Source of the DNA: Pyrinomonadaceae bacterium | GTDB lineage: Bacteria; Acidobacteriota; Blastocatellia; Pyrinomonadales; Pyrinomonadaceae | Length of the DNA: 64,000 bases | NCBI GenBank assembly: GCA_046313635.1 | Contig: JBKBYA010000006.1 | Span: forward strand, 64,001-128,000 | Reading direction: 5' to 3' | Notes under the pieces: model-generated | Database searches by the model: none | What the model saw: only the letters and a program-made list of their open reading frames with translations | Told to the model about the DNA's origin: nothing | Shown here: in pieces, positions 39,063-51,700 of the stretch | Layout of the letters: each line of letters starts with the position of its first letter | Numbering within the stretch: the first letter of the stretch is position 1 | Made by a program: the position numbers and the translations under genes

Positions 39063-39401
39063 CTACGAACTGAAGACGCCTAGTCCCCGCGTCATGTAAT
39101 CCTGCATCGTGTATGCAAACATTATCGCCAGCCAGAAAAAGCTCGCGACGGCCGCCAGCCAGATCAGCTTCGGGCTCCAGCGGACGTGCATGAAGAACAG
39201 CATGACGAAGGTCATCTTTGTGAACGCGATCGCGAGTGCGACGAGCGTGTTCGCGCCCGGAAAGATAAAGTCCAGATCGACGAGCGCGACGTAATAGGTC
39301 AGGATCGTCCCGACGACAAGTATCGCAAAGACGCCGAGATATCCCGGAATGCCGATGTGCGCCTCTTCGGCGTGATGGTCGTTCGAGTGATGTTCAGCCA
39401 T
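39063..39401 (-). CDS. ctaF: Cytochrome c oxidase subunit IV
   Basis: Three TM helices, 'KMTFVMLFFMHVRW'; last gene of the oxidase operon. Confidence 0.88.
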   Translation of the reverse strand: MAEHHSNDHHAEEAHIGIPGYLGVFAILVVGTILTYYVALVDLDFIFPGANTLVALAIAFTKMTFVMLFFMHVRWSPKLIWLAAVASFFWLAIMFAYTMQDYMTRGLGVFSS

Positions 39402-39410
39402 TTTCGATTC

Positions 39411-40325
39411 CTAATGCATGAAGTGCCTTCCCAGCAGATAGAGCAGCGGGAAAAGAAAGATCCAGACGATATCGACAAAGTGCCAGTACAGGCCAGAGAT
39501 CTCGACCGGATTGTAGTACTCCGGGCCGTACGTCCCGAGCCAGGCCTTCCACAGCAGCCACGCCATGATGCCGAGACCGACGATCATGTGCAGGGCGTGC
39601 AGGCCGGTCATGACGAAATAGATCCAGTAGAAAGATCGGACGTGGCTCGCGAACTTCGCGATGTCGATCTGGCCGTTCGAGTAATAGCCTGCACGCTCGA
39701 ATTTGGTCAGATAACCGCCCTCTTCGGCCTGTTTGACGAGCGAGCAGTCCTTCCATACAAAGTCGCCGCGCGGGTTTACGTACTCCGACTCGTGACCTTC
39801 GCCGTGGCCGACCTCCCAGCACGGCGCAGCGGCATGGCTGCCGCCCGCACTCGATGCCGAATGCCCCGATTCAGCGGCCGCGGGACGGGCCGCGCGGTTC
39901 CAACCGGCGACCGGGATCAGGCCGTCGTTGTATTTCTTGGTGTACTCGATCGCCTTGACGCCGAGGAACGTCGCGCCAAAGATCATCGTCAGCACGATCA
40001 TGATGACCTGCATGTTCCGATTGCCCTTCTGCGCGAAGTAGACCGTCAGCGCCATCGTTAAGCTGCTGACGATCAGGACGAGCGTGTTCAGGCCGCCCCA
40101 AAAGGCATCGAGGTGATTACTGCCCGCCGCGAATGCCATCGGGAACCGGTAGCGGAACACCAGATACGCCGTGAAGAGACCGCCGAAGAACATGATCTCC
40201 TGGACGAGGAACATCCACATCGCGATCGAAACCGATTCCGATTGCTGCTTCATGTCTTCGAACTGATGTTGAAGACCGGGCGGATGGTAGTGATGATCGT
40301 CTAAGACTTCTGCGTTTGTCGCCAT
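39411..40325 (-). CDS. ctaE: Cytochrome c oxidase subunit III with a large loop insertion
   Basis: [54 protein letters not shown]. Confidence 0.93.
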   Translation of the reverse strand: MATNAEVLDDHHYHPPGLQHQFEDMKQQSESVSIAMWMFLVQEIMFFGGLFTAYLVFRYRFPMAFAAGSNHLDAFWGGLNTLVLIVSSLTMALTVYFAQKGNRNMQVIMIVLTMIFGATFLGVKAIEYTKKYNDGLIPVAGWNRAARPAAAESGHSASSAGGSHAAAPCWEVGHGEGHESEYVNPRGDFVWKDCSLVKQAEEGGYLTKFERAGYYSNGQIDIAKFASHVRSFYWIYFVMTGLHALHMIVGLGIMAWLLWKAWLGTYGPEYYNPVEISGLYWHFVDIVWIFLFPLLYLLGRHFMH

Positions 40326-40401
40326 GTTTGTTATCGAGTCGTATCGTCGGCCTAGGTCGGCCGCCGGCCGATTGGTTCGTACGTCCTGCCGTGCGCAGAA
40401 A

Positions 40402-42087
<1,686 letters not shown>

Positions 42088-42101
42088 AATTCGATATTAC
42101 C

Positions 42102-43202
42102 TTACCTGTTGCCGTTGTGATTTCCGCCGGCGGTCGGTGAATTAGGGTTGCTTCCCTGCGATGAGTTGCTGCCGCGGTCGGCCTTTGCCGGTGCCGCCGT
42201 CGAGTTCGCAGTTGATGAACCGCCGCTCGAGTTGGCGGCCGCGGGCGTCGTCGTTCCGCTCGTCACGCCGCTGAGCGATTTGATGTAGGCGACGAGGGCG
42301 TTCAGCTGCTCCTCTGTGACCTGGCCCTTAAAGGTCGGCATGATCGGCTGGTAGCCCTCGACGACCTGCGCGCTCGGATTTAAGATCGAGTTGCGGATAT
42401 AGTCGTCGTCCGCCGTGACCTCTTGCCCGCCGACGAGCTTGACCGTATGACCGTAGATCCCCTCGAGCTTGGCTCCGCGCTGCTGCGGGCCGCCGGAGTG
42501 GCATGAGGCACAGCCGAGCTTATTCTCAAACAGGTCCTTGCCGATCTCGACGGGCGTGCCCGCCGAGGCGTTGCCGCTCAGCCAGTTGTCAAAGTCGCGC
42601 TGCTCCATCACATAGACCCAGCCGCCCATTCCGGAGTGATTGAGACCGCAGTACTCGGCGCAGAAGAGGTGATACTTGCCGGGCTGCGTCGGCTGAAACC
42701 ACATATACGTGTAGCGGCCCGGCACCGCGTCGACCTTGGTGCGAAATGCGGGCACGTAAAAGTCGTGGAGCACGTCCTCGGTCGTTATCGTCAGCTTGAT
42801 CTTGCGGCCGACCGGCACGTGGAGCTCGTTGATCTCGCGCTGTCCGGTGCCGTGCTGCACCTTCCACATCCACTGCTTGCCGACGACGTAGATCTCCATC
42901 GCGTCCTCGGGCGCGGTGTACTGGTTAAAGTAAACGATCGCTCCGCCGAGAAAGATGGTCATCGAGACGATGAACGGGATGATCGACCACGTCGTCTCAA
43001 GCGCGATCGAACCGTGGATCTCCGCCCCGGAGACAAACTTGTCGCGTTCGCGATACTTCAGAGCAAAAAAGAGGATCGCGACGACGATCGGGATCGAGAA
43101 TGCGACGCTGATCGCGATCAGATAGTAGTAAAGAGCGTCGACCTGCCAGGCGAATGTCGAGGCCTGCTCCGGAATGATTGGAATCCACGATTGTGTCTGC
43201 AT
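42102..43202 (-). CDS. ctaC: Cytochrome c oxidase subunit II with fused cytochrome c (caa3 type)
   Basis: CuA site DVLH...CAEYCGLNHSGM; C-terminal CASCH...MP. Confidence 0.95.
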   Translation of the reverse strand: MQTQSWIPIIPEQASTFAWQVDALYYYLIAISVAFSIPIVVAILFFALKYRERDKFVSGAEIHGSIALETTWSIIPFIVSMTIFLGGAIVYFNQYTAPEDAMEIYVVGKQWMWKVQHGTGQREINELHVPVGRKIKLTITTEDVLHDFYVPAFRTKVDAVPGRYTYMWFQPTQPGKYHLFCAEYCGLNHSGMGGWVYVMEQRDFDNWLSGNASAGTPVEIGKDLFENKLGCASCHSGGPQQRGAKLEGIYGHTVKLVGGQEVTADDDYIRNSILNPSAQVVEGYQPIMPTFKGQVTEEQLNALVAYIKSLSGVTSGTTTPAAANSSGGSSTANSTAAPAKADRGSNSSQGSNPNSPTAGGNHNGNR

Positions 43203-43253
43203 ATTGAAATCAATCTGACGTCCCTCGGGCCGCCCGCCGGCGAGGGCCCGCGT

Positions 43254-44159
43254 CTATACCGCCAACTGCTTATTCTTGTTTCGCCGCCAGAATACAAAGA
43301 GCATCGTTCCGAGACCGATCAAGGTCACGACGCCGGCCAGCCTTATCACACGCAGCACCGCAAAGCCGTAGGTGCCGGTCGCGGGATCGTAGTGATAGCA
43401 GTAGAGCAAAAGCTTTTCTGCCGGACTGCCGATCTTGTTCTCGCCCGACTCCATGATCGCGAACTTGAGGTCCTTGGGCGCATAATCGATCCCGTACAGA
43501 TACCGCGACATCTTGCCGTCGGGCGTCGTGACCATGATCCCGCCCGCATGAGCGAATTGATTCGACCTCTCGTCCCAGCGATAGTTGAATCCCGCCGCCT
43601 CCGTGACCGCGTCGATCGACTCCTGCGGCCCCGTCAAAAAATGCCAGCCGCCGGCCGTCTCGGGCCTGCCGTATCGCTCAAGGTACGCCTGCTTCTTGTT
43701 TTGGACGAGCTCGGTCTTGCCGTTCTCGCGAGCGTCGAAGCTGATCGCCACGACGTCAAAATCCTTGCCGGCCTCGAGCGACATTCCCTTGAGCGAGCCC
43801 GTCAGACCGTTGAGCACCTCGTTACAGAGCATCGGGCACTCGTAATAGACGAGTGCGAGCACGACCGGCCGTCCGGACCTAAAGAACTCTCCGAGCTTTA
43901 CCAGCCGGCCCTGCTCGTCGGAAAAGACCGCGTCGAGCGGCAGATGCTCACCCAGCTTCTGCTCGATGCCGACCTCCTTGAGGGCCGGCGGCAGGCCGTT
44001 GTTCTGGCCCGGCTCGTACGTTCGCGGCGAGTAGAGCGGCGAATTGTAATGCTCGACCCGCTGCGCATCGATGTCTATCGCGGCAGCCGCGGCGGTGATC
44101 ACGACCGCGATGGATAATGCCAGTCTCAAAACCGCTGAACTTGGCGTGCGCCGCTCCAT
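43254..44159 (-). CDS. SCO family copper chaperone
   Basis: YYECPMLC (CxxxC), WHFLTG, FAH. Confidence 0.9.
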   Translation of the reverse strand: MERRTPSSAVLRLALSIAVVITAAAAAIDIDAQRVEHYNSPLYSPRTYEPGQNNGLPPALKEVGIEQKLGEHLPLDAVFSDEQGRLVKLGEFFRSGRPVVLALVYYECPMLCNEVLNGLTGSLKGMSLEAGKDFDVVAISFDARENGKTELVQNKKQAYLERYGRPETAGGWHFLTGPQESIDAVTEAAGFNYRWDERSNQFAHAGGIMVTTPDGKMSRYLYGIDYAPKDLKFAIMESGENKIGSPAEKLLLYCYHYDPATGTYGFAVLRVIRLAGVVTLIGLGTMLFVFWRRNKNKQLAV

Positions 44160-44178
44160 AAAAACTCCACTTGCAAAA

Positions 44179-44718
44179 CTATCGGATCGTCGCGGTCGCC
44201 ATTCGGCCCGAGCTCGAATCCGTGATGTACTTTCGCGAATCCTTCAGCAGCGCTTCGGCTGCCGGGTCGGCGACGGCCTTTGGGTTCTGCGAGAGAAACG
44301 CCTGTTTGGCCTCTTCGATGCCGGTCGCCAGTCGCGCCCCGCTGTGCGGGTCGGCGACGCCGTGCTGCCAGATCTGCTCCCACTCCTTTCGCAGGATGCG
44401 ATACTCGCTCTGCGGGGCCGTTAGTTCCAGACGCACCTCTCCCTGCGCGGTGTCCACCTTCCAGCCTGGAGCGATCTGCAGGCGCGGCTCGGGCGGCAGC
44501 CGCTCGCCCTCGCTCATCGCCAGCGGGTGACGCGGGTCGGCTCCCTCTGCTGCCTGGTCGCGGAGCACCTCGAGCAGCGCCCACATCAGACCGAAAGTGA
44601 TCACGATCAGCAAAAAGAGCCCGATCGAGAAGTACACGATGCCCTTAAAGCCGATGATGTTCTGTTCGTAAGGCTTGTCGTATGTGACAAAGCTCTTTTC
44701 GTGCCTGGTAGCTCCCAT
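44179..44718 (-). CDS. Single-TM ACIII-associated protein (ActG-like)
   Basis: One TM helix and 'LPPEPRLQ'; lies between actF and sco. Confidence 0.55.
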   Translation of the reverse strand: MGATRHEKSFVTYDKPYEQNIIGFKGIVYFSIGLFLLIVITFGLMWALLEVLRDQAAEGADPRHPLAMSEGERLPPEPRLQIAPGWKVDTAQGEVRLELTAPQSEYRILRKEWEQIWQHGVADPHSGARLATGIEEAKQAFLSQNPKAVADPAAEALLKDSRKYITDSSSGRMATATIR

Positions 44719-44743
44719 AAATATCTACTCCAAACTTACAGGT

Positions 44744-45973
44744 TCAATGCCCGCGGCCGTGCTCGACGGCGTTCGGGAAGAACGGATCGTTGGCCGGCAC
44801 CAGCGGCCGCTTTGCAAGCTCGCCAAAGAACCACCACAGCCAGATCCCGCCGATGCCGATCGGAGCGAGCAGATCGAGAAAGCTGAGATAGAAGGCTCCC
44901 TGCTCCATCCCCATCGGATTGATCCGCGGCGTCGGGGCGATGATAAAGATCAGATCGAGGAACCGCATCAAGAGGATGAAGACCGCGATCATCGCAAGCT
45001 TTTTGCCCTTGCGCTTGAAGTCCTGATTCAGGAGGACCAGGAACGGGAACGCGAAGTGCAAAAAGATCAGACCGCCGCCGACCCATGCCCAGGCGCTGCG
45101 CATTCTCGTGATGTACCAGCCGGTCTCCTCCGGGATGTTGCCCGACCAGATGATCAGGAACTGCGAAAAATTGAAGTACGCCCAGACCATAACAAAGGCG
45201 AGCATCAGCTTGCCGATGTCATGGAAGTGCCGCTTGCCGATCACGCGGTCCATCGGCGAACGGCCCTGCAGGTACGAGAGCAAAAGCACGACGAAAGAGA
45301 ACGTGCTCAGTCCCCACGACGCGACCCAGAGCAGTCCCCAGATCGTCGAGAACCAGTGCGGGTCGAGCGTCATCGTCCAATCGACGGTCGCAAAGGTGAG
45401 CGTCAGGACATAAAAGATGATCGCCGGTCCCGAGAATCTCGACGCAGACTCGAGATGTCCGGCCGATTCTTCCGCGGTAGCGGCCGCGTCCTGCTTGCGC
45501 GAGAGGCCGTTGAGATACCAGACCATCACGCCGAAGAGAACGAAGTAAACGGCCGTCCGCAGTAACCAGCCCCAGTCGGTCATGTACCACCCGCGCCACG
45601 CCATGATGTGCTCGGTCTTGGGCAGGTGCGTCCATTCGTACACGCTGTGCGTCGCCACGCCGACCGCGAGCGGGATAAAGAGAATGACGATGATCGGCAG
45701 CGTGCGCGTCGCGGCCTCGAGTATGCGGCGAATGACGACGCCCCACGCGCCGCCGGTCAGGTACTGCAGCATCAGGATGCCGAGACTGCCGAGGCCGAGG
45801 CCGGCCCAGAACATAAATCCGAGCAGCCACGATCGCAGCGCCTGCTCGCGTAGGTCGGGCATGATCACGGCGACGCCGAGCACGACGAGCGAAACGATGC
45901 CGCCGATGCCGAGAGCGAGCGAGCGCCAGCGCTTGAGGTCTTCGGGTGCGGTGTAGTTACCGGAATTCAACAT
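44744..45973 (-). CDS. actF: Alternative complex III subunit F
   Basis: Polytopic; DWTMTLDPHWFSTIWG, HDIGKL, SQFLIIWSGNIPEET. Confidence 0.88.
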   Translation of the reverse strand: MLNSGNYTAPEDLKRWRSLALGIGGIVSLVVLGVAVIMPDLREQALRSWLLGFMFWAGLGLGSLGILMLQYLTGGAWGVVIRRILEAATRTLPIIVILFIPLAVGVATHSVYEWTHLPKTEHIMAWRGWYMTDWGWLLRTAVYFVLFGVMVWYLNGLSRKQDAAATAEESAGHLESASRFSGPAIIFYVLTLTFATVDWTMTLDPHWFSTIWGLLWVASWGLSTFSFVVLLLSYLQGRSPMDRVIGKRHFHDIGKLMLAFVMVWAYFNFSQFLIIWSGNIPEETGWYITRMRSAWAWVGGGLIFLHFAFPFLVLLNQDFKRKGKKLAMIAVFILLMRFLDLIFIIAPTPRINPMGMEQGAFYLSFLDLLAPIGIGGIWLWWFFGELAKRPLVPANDPFFPNAVEHGRGH

Positions 45974-46692
45974 CAGCGCTGCCCTCCGTGAGTGGTCGGA
46001 TCCGTCGCCGGGCTCGGAGCGTTAGCGCCCGAAGCCGTCGTCTGCGGCCGTGGGCCGCCTGTCGTATTCGAACTCATGTTGTTCGGATTTTGTGAGATCT
46101 GCAGTGTGCGGATGTACGCCACGATCGCCCAGCGGTCGGCCGGTGTGATCTGCGCGGCGTAGCTGTTCATCTTGCCCCAGCCGTTGGTGATGACGTCGTA
46201 AAAGTGCCCGACCGGCGCGTTGCGCAGGCGGTCGTCGTGGTACGTCGGCGGCTGCGGAAATCCGCGGCGGACGATCATTCCGTCGCCGCTGCCCGTCGGC
46301 CCGTGGCAGACGATGCAGTAGATGTTGTAACGCTCCTGACCGCGGTCGATAAGCTCCTTGGTGACCGGGACCGGAAACTGTTCGATCGCGTTGGGAAAGC
46401 TCGTGACCAGCGTGTTGCCGCGTGCGTCGGTCGTCGTCGAGACCTGAGCGTTCGGGTTCGGATCGTCGATCTTGCCGGTATAGAAGGCCTTGTTGTCCTT
46501 CAGGTGACCGCGGGCGACAGTGCCCTCCGGCAGGTCGCGCGAGCTGCGGCCGTCGGCAAAGAAGGTGCTCTCCTTGTAGTACTTGTAACGCGGCTGGTCC
46601 TGCATGTCGTATCGGCAGCCGGCGGCGAATACGGTCGAGAGCCCCAAAAGGAGCAGGCCGAGCCGTCGCCCGTGCAACTTAGTCCTCAACAT
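45973..46692 (-). CDS. actE: Alternative complex III subunit E (monoheme cytochrome c lipoprotein)
   Basis: Lipobox AAGC, DMQDQP, CIVCH. Confidence 0.88.
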   Translation of the reverse strand: MLRTKLHGRRLGLLLLGLSTVFAAGCRYDMQDQPRYKYYKESTFFADGRSSRDLPEGTVARGHLKDNKAFYTGKIDDPNPNAQVSTTTDARGNTLVTSFPNAIEQFPVPVTKELIDRGQERYNIYCIVCHGPTGSGDGMIVRRGFPQPPTYHDDRLRNAPVGHFYDVITNGWGKMNSYAAQITPADRWAIVAYIRTLQISQNPNNMSSNTTGGPRPQTTASGANAPSPATDPTTHGGQR

Positions 46693-47233
46693 CAAAGACC
46701 TCCTGAGCGCCGAGTCCCTGCATAAAACCTCGGGTGGTTTCATAATCAAAATTGCTGTCGTCCGCCTGTATCAGCAGGAAAAACTTTTCGCGCGTCGCGA
46801 GCGCAAATCTCGGCACGTTAAAGACCGGGTGATAAGGGCTCGGCAGACCATTCAAAAACAGCATCCCAAAGACCGCCGTGAACGCCGCGAGCAGGATCGT
46901 CAGCTCGTACGCCGGCGGGACCATCGCCGGAATGCTCAGGTGCGGGCGGCCGCCGACGATGATCGGGTAATCGATCACGTGGACAAAATACTGGAGCGCT
47001 ACGCCGGACAATAGTCCGACGATGCCGCCGCCGAAGCACAGGTACGGCAGGATGCTGCGCTTGATGCCGAGGGCCTCGTCGATCTCATGCAGCGGGAACG
47101 GGCTGAAGGCGTCGGTCCGCGTATAGCCCGCGTCACGCACTTGACGCGCGGCGTCGACGAGCTCGGTCGCGGTGTCGAACTCGGCCATCAGGCCGTAAAG
47201 ATTCTTGGTCATAGGTGAAGTGTTCTCGCTCAT
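46679..47233 (-). CDS. actD: Alternative complex III subunit D (DUF3341)
   Basis: YGLMAEF, DAFSPFP, VGGRP, YELTIL. Confidence 0.88.
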   Translation of the reverse strand: MSENTSPMTKNLYGLMAEFDTATELVDAARQVRDAGYTRTDAFSPFPLHEIDEALGIKRSILPYLCFGGGIVGLLSGVALQYFVHVIDYPIIVGGRPHLSIPAMVPPAYELTILLAAFTAVFGMLFLNGLPSPYHPVFNVPRFALATREKFFLLIQADDSNFDYETTRGFMQGLGAQEVFDVED

Positions 47234-47251
47234 CGATACTCTCCTCCCTTC

Positions 47252-48712
47252 TTATTTCGCCGGCTCCAGCCCGGGCGGATCGGTGCGATCGTAGGTGTAC
47301 TCGACCTCGTTGACGTTCGCCTCAAAATCCTGATGATGCCCGTGAACGTTGGCCTCAGGCAGCAGCGTGCGGACCTCGAAGATCGAGATGATCGGCACGA
47401 ACCGCACAAAGAGGTAAAGCAGCGTAAAGAAGAACCCGATCGTCCCGATGAACATCGACCAGTCCCAGAACCGCGGGCTGTACATCGCCCACGACGAGGG
47501 CAGGAAGTCGCGATTCAAGCTCGTCACGATGATGACGAAGCGCTCGAGCCACATGCCGACGCTGACGACGACCGAGATCATAAAGAGCCAGAATTCGCTC
47601 TCACGGAAACGCTTGAACCAGAGCAGCTGGATCGACAGGCCGTTGCACAGGATGAGCAGCCAGTACGACCACCAGTACGGGCCTGTCCAGATGCGGTTAT
47701 GGATCATGAACCACTCGTACTCGGCCGCGCTGTACCAGGCAAAAAAGGCCTCCATCGCGTAGCCGTAAACGACGATGAATCCGGTCGCCATCATCACCTT
47801 GCCCATGTACACGAGGTGCGTATGGGTGATGAAGTCCTTCATGTTGTACCAGTGCCGCAGCGGGATGCAGAGGATGAGCACCATCGCAAAACCCGCAAAG
47901 ATGGCACCGGCCACGAAGTACGGCGGAAAGATCGTCGCGTGCCAGCCCGGCAGCTGCGCCACCGAGAAGTCGAACGACACGATCGAGTGCACCGAAAGCA
48001 CGAGCGGCGTAGAGAGGCCGGCGAGGATCAGGTACGCAAGCTCGTAGCGGTGCCAGTGACGGGCCGAGCCGCGCCAGCCCCACGAGAGGATCGCGTAAAC
48101 GAATTTGAAGGTCTTGTTCTTGGCCCGGTCGCGAAGCGTCGCAAAGTCGGGGATGAGTCCTACATACCAGAAGAGGGCCGAAACGGTCGCGTACGTCGAG
48201 ACCGCAAAAACGTCCCAGATGAGCGGCGAGCGGAACTGCGGCCAGATGCCCATCGTGTTCGGGTACGGGAAGAGCCAGTACGCCGCGAGCCACGGTCGAC
48301 CGGTATGCAGCAGCGGGAACATCGCCGCGCACGCCACGGCAAAGAGCGTCATCGCCTCGGCAAAGCGGTTGATCGACGTTCGCCACTTCTGGTTGAGCAG
48401 CAGCAGGATCGCCGAGATCAGCGTTCCGGCGTGACCGATGCCGATCCACCAAACGAAGTTGATGATGTCGAATGCCCATCCGACAGGCTGGTTGTTGCCC
48501 CAGACGCCGATACCGTTCGCAAGCAGCCAGACGACGGTAAAGAGCAGCGACTGCGCGACCAAAAACGCGATGCCGAATCCGACAAACCAGTGGAACGGCG
48601 TCTTTTTCTTGAGCGTGACGTCGCTGATCTTGTCCGTGACGGTCGCAAAGCTGTGATCGCCCTCGACCATCGGCGGCACCAGCCGTCTGTGCATTTCCTG
48701 TAGATCCTGCAT
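47252..48712 (-). CDS. actC: Alternative complex III subunit C (NrfD/PsrC family)
   Basis: INFVWWIGIGHAGTLISA, HTGRPW, SPLIWDVFAVSTY, VLSVHSIVS. Confidence 0.93.
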   Translation of the reverse strand: MQDLQEMHRRLVPPMVEGDHSFATVTDKISDVTLKKKTPFHWFVGFGIAFLVAQSLLFTVVWLLANGIGVWGNNQPVGWAFDIINFVWWIGIGHAGTLISAILLLLNQKWRTSINRFAEAMTLFAVACAAMFPLLHTGRPWLAAYWLFPYPNTMGIWPQFRSPLIWDVFAVSTYATVSALFWYVGLIPDFATLRDRAKNKTFKFVYAILSWGWRGSARHWHRYELAYLILAGLSTPLVLSVHSIVSFDFSVAQLPGWHATIFPPYFVAGAIFAGFAMVLILCIPLRHWYNMKDFITHTHLVYMGKVMMATGFIVVYGYAMEAFFAWYSAAEYEWFMIHNRIWTGPYWWSYWLLILCNGLSIQLLWFKRFRESEFWLFMISVVVSVGMWLERFVIIVTSLNRDFLPSSWAMYSPRFWDWSMFIGTIGFFFTLLYLFVRFVPIISIFEVRTLLPEANVHGHHQDFEANVNEVEYTYDRTDPPGLEPAK

Positions 48713-48777
48713 AGTTTCCTGAGCTGTTTCCCAGTTATCGCGAGCGGCCCTGATCAGGCACGCTCACCATTCATTGA

Positions 48778-51700
48778 TCAATGTCCGCCCTCGACCGGTC
48801 CGGGCTGGGCCTCGGCGTTGTGCTCCATCGAATCTTCAAAGCCCCAAACGCCTTCCTTGTAATCGGGCATTTCCTTGTTCTGGTTCTTCAAACCGGCAAG
48901 GTACGTCGTCCGCGGCTGCGTGTTGAGCTCGTTGAGCAGCATGTAGTTTCGCGGGTCCTTTTTGGCCTTGGCGATCTGGCTGTTCTCGTCGCGCATGTCG
49001 CCGAACGAAAAGACGTTCGTCGGGCACGCCGCCTGACACGCGGTCATGATCTCGCCGTCCTGGATCGGCCTGTCGTCCTTTTGCGCCTCGATGCGGGCGG
49101 CGGCGATACGCTGCACGCAGAAGGTGCACTTCTCCATCACACCGCGGCTGCGGATCGAGACCTCAGGATTGCGCATCAGCTTGTACTGCGGCGTATTCCA
49201 ATCCTGGTAGAGGAAAAAGTTGAACCGGCGCACCTTGTACGGGCAGTTGTTTGAGCAGTAGCGGGTACCGACGCAGCGGTTGTAGACCATGTCGTTCAGG
49301 CCCTCGGCGCTGTGGACCGTCGCGTGCACCGGACAGACGACCTCGCACGGCGCCTGCTCGCACTGCTGGCAGAGGACTGGCTGGAAAGCCGGCCCTTCGA
49401 CGGCGTTGATGTCGTCGCCCTTGTAATATGCGTCGATCCGCAGCCAGTGCATCTCGCGGCTCCGCTCGACCTGCTCCTTGCCGACGACCGGGATGTTGTT
49501 CTCGGCCTGGCACGCGATCACACAGGCGTTGCAGCCGACACAATTATTGATGTCGATCGTCATCGCCCACTTGTGATTCTTGTTGTAGGTCTCCTGGTGC
49601 TGCTCGTACGGGTACATCGAGTAAGGATAGAAATCCTTCTGCTTGCCCATCTCGGGATGGGCGTTGAGCTGCTCGACGTCGACCCGCCGCAGCAGATCGC
49701 GGCCTTCCATATTGAAGTGCGTCTGCGTCGAGGCGATGGTCGTCGACTCGCCCGTCTTGGCGATCTCGCCAAGGCCCGCGTACATCGCGTCTGAGCGCAT
49801 CACGTCGAACGCGTTGTAGCCGAGGTTATTGCCCACCTGCCCCGACCGCGTACGGCCGTAGCCCATAAAGATCGTGACGACGCCGTCCGGCTGGCCGGGC
49901 ACGATCCACATCGGCACCTGCTTGCCGATCTGCGCTCCCTGAAACTTGAGATTGACGAGGTCAGAATGCAGATTGCCGCCGCGTGTGTTGATAAAGCTGT
50001 AACCCTCGCGGCCGCCGGCGTACGGATCGTAGTCCTCGCCGGCGTTGATGCCGAGCTCGGCCGCGGTCCGCGGGCTGATAAAAGCGATATTCTCCCAGGT
50101 CGTCTTGGTCAGCGGACGCGGCAGCTCCTGCAGCCAGCCGTTGTTGTTGAAGCGGCCGTCGTAAACGCTCGGGTCGGGAAGGATGTTGATCTCGAGCTGA
50201 CCCGAAGCCGGCGAGGCCGGCGTCGACTGAGCGAGAAACGCGGTGTTGACCGACGGCGTCTTTGGCGTACCGGCCGATCCCGGGATCAGCCCGAGATGGA
50301 CGACGCTGCGCCAGCGGTCTTCGAAATTCGTACCCGCAGCGGCCGGCTGTGCGGCTGCATTCGCCGCGGCTCCTTGCGGAGCGGCCGGAGCTGCGCTGCC
50401 GCCGAGATTCTGCGTCTGCCAGTAGCCCTTGACGATGTCGTAATCCTTGCGGTCGTAGTTCTCCTTAAAAAAGAGCTGTACGACCTCGTAAATGCTGTGG
50501 CCTTCGTAGAGCGGCTCGATGAGCGGCTGCATCAGCGAGACGGTGCCGTCGTACGCGCGGGCGTCGCCCCACATTTCGAGGTAATGCTTTTCGTTTACGA
50601 ACCACTGGCAGACCTCGGCGGTCTCATTGTGATGCGTGCCGAGATAAACGCGGAGCGGGACCTTGTTATTGAGCCGGTCGAGCGTGAGCTTCAGGTCGGC
50701 CGGCGAATCGTAAACGGGATTGCCGCCGAGGATGACGAGCATCTTCACGCGTCCGGCGTCGATGTCGGCGATCAGCTCGCGAAGCTGCTCGACCTGCGGG
50801 CGGTCGGCGTTTGGCGAGAGCGGATCGATGTATGTAACGGTCGCTCCGACGGCGCCGAGTTTGGCGTTCATCGCGTGCGCGAGAGCGTGGACGATGGGCG
50901 GGGCCTGGTCGCCCGCGATGACGAGCGAACGGCCCGACGAAGCCTGCAGGTCCTTTGCCGCGGCCGCAACCCACGCGGCCTGCTCGCCGCCAAGCGAACT
51001 CGCTCCGCCGACGCCGAGTGCGGCGGCAAAGGCCTTTGCGACCTCGACGACCTGGCTCGGCTTGACGGCCAGGCGGTGGTCGGCCTTGGCTCCGGTCAGC
51101 GACAATTTTGACTCAACGGTGTAGAGGCGATTGATCTCGCGCTTGTCTGCGGCCCAGCGTCGGGCCTTGGCGTAGTCGTTGATGTAGCCGACGTTAAAGC
51201 TCGAAAAGATATCGGCGTCGAGCGAGAGCACCTTTTCCGCCTTGTCGATGTGATAGACCGTCTGCACCGGCGAGCCAAAGGCCATCTTGGCGCCCTGCAT
51301 CGCGTTGTCCTGGTTGACCGGCTCGTACTGGAACCACTTGGCGTTCGGCAGCTCGGCCGAAAGGCGGCGGAACTGGTCGATCAGCGTCGGCGAGGTGACC
51401 GTCTGCGTCAGGAATCGAATGCCCGCTCCGCCGTCGGCGCGATTGGCGTCGAGCTGCGAGCGGATCTCGCTCGCGAACGACTGCCACGACCGCGAATCGC
51501 CGCGGAAAGTGACCTCCTTGGCGCGGTCCGGATCGTACATATCCAGCAGCGAGGCCTGCGCCCTGACGTCGGTCGCGCCGCGGCTGTTGGGATGCTCGGG
51601 GTTGCCCTCGATCTTGATCGGCCGTCCGTCGTACGACTTGGCGAGCACGCCCATCGCCTGACCGCCGAGCGTAAAGGTCGTGGCAAAGAATAGCGGCTTG

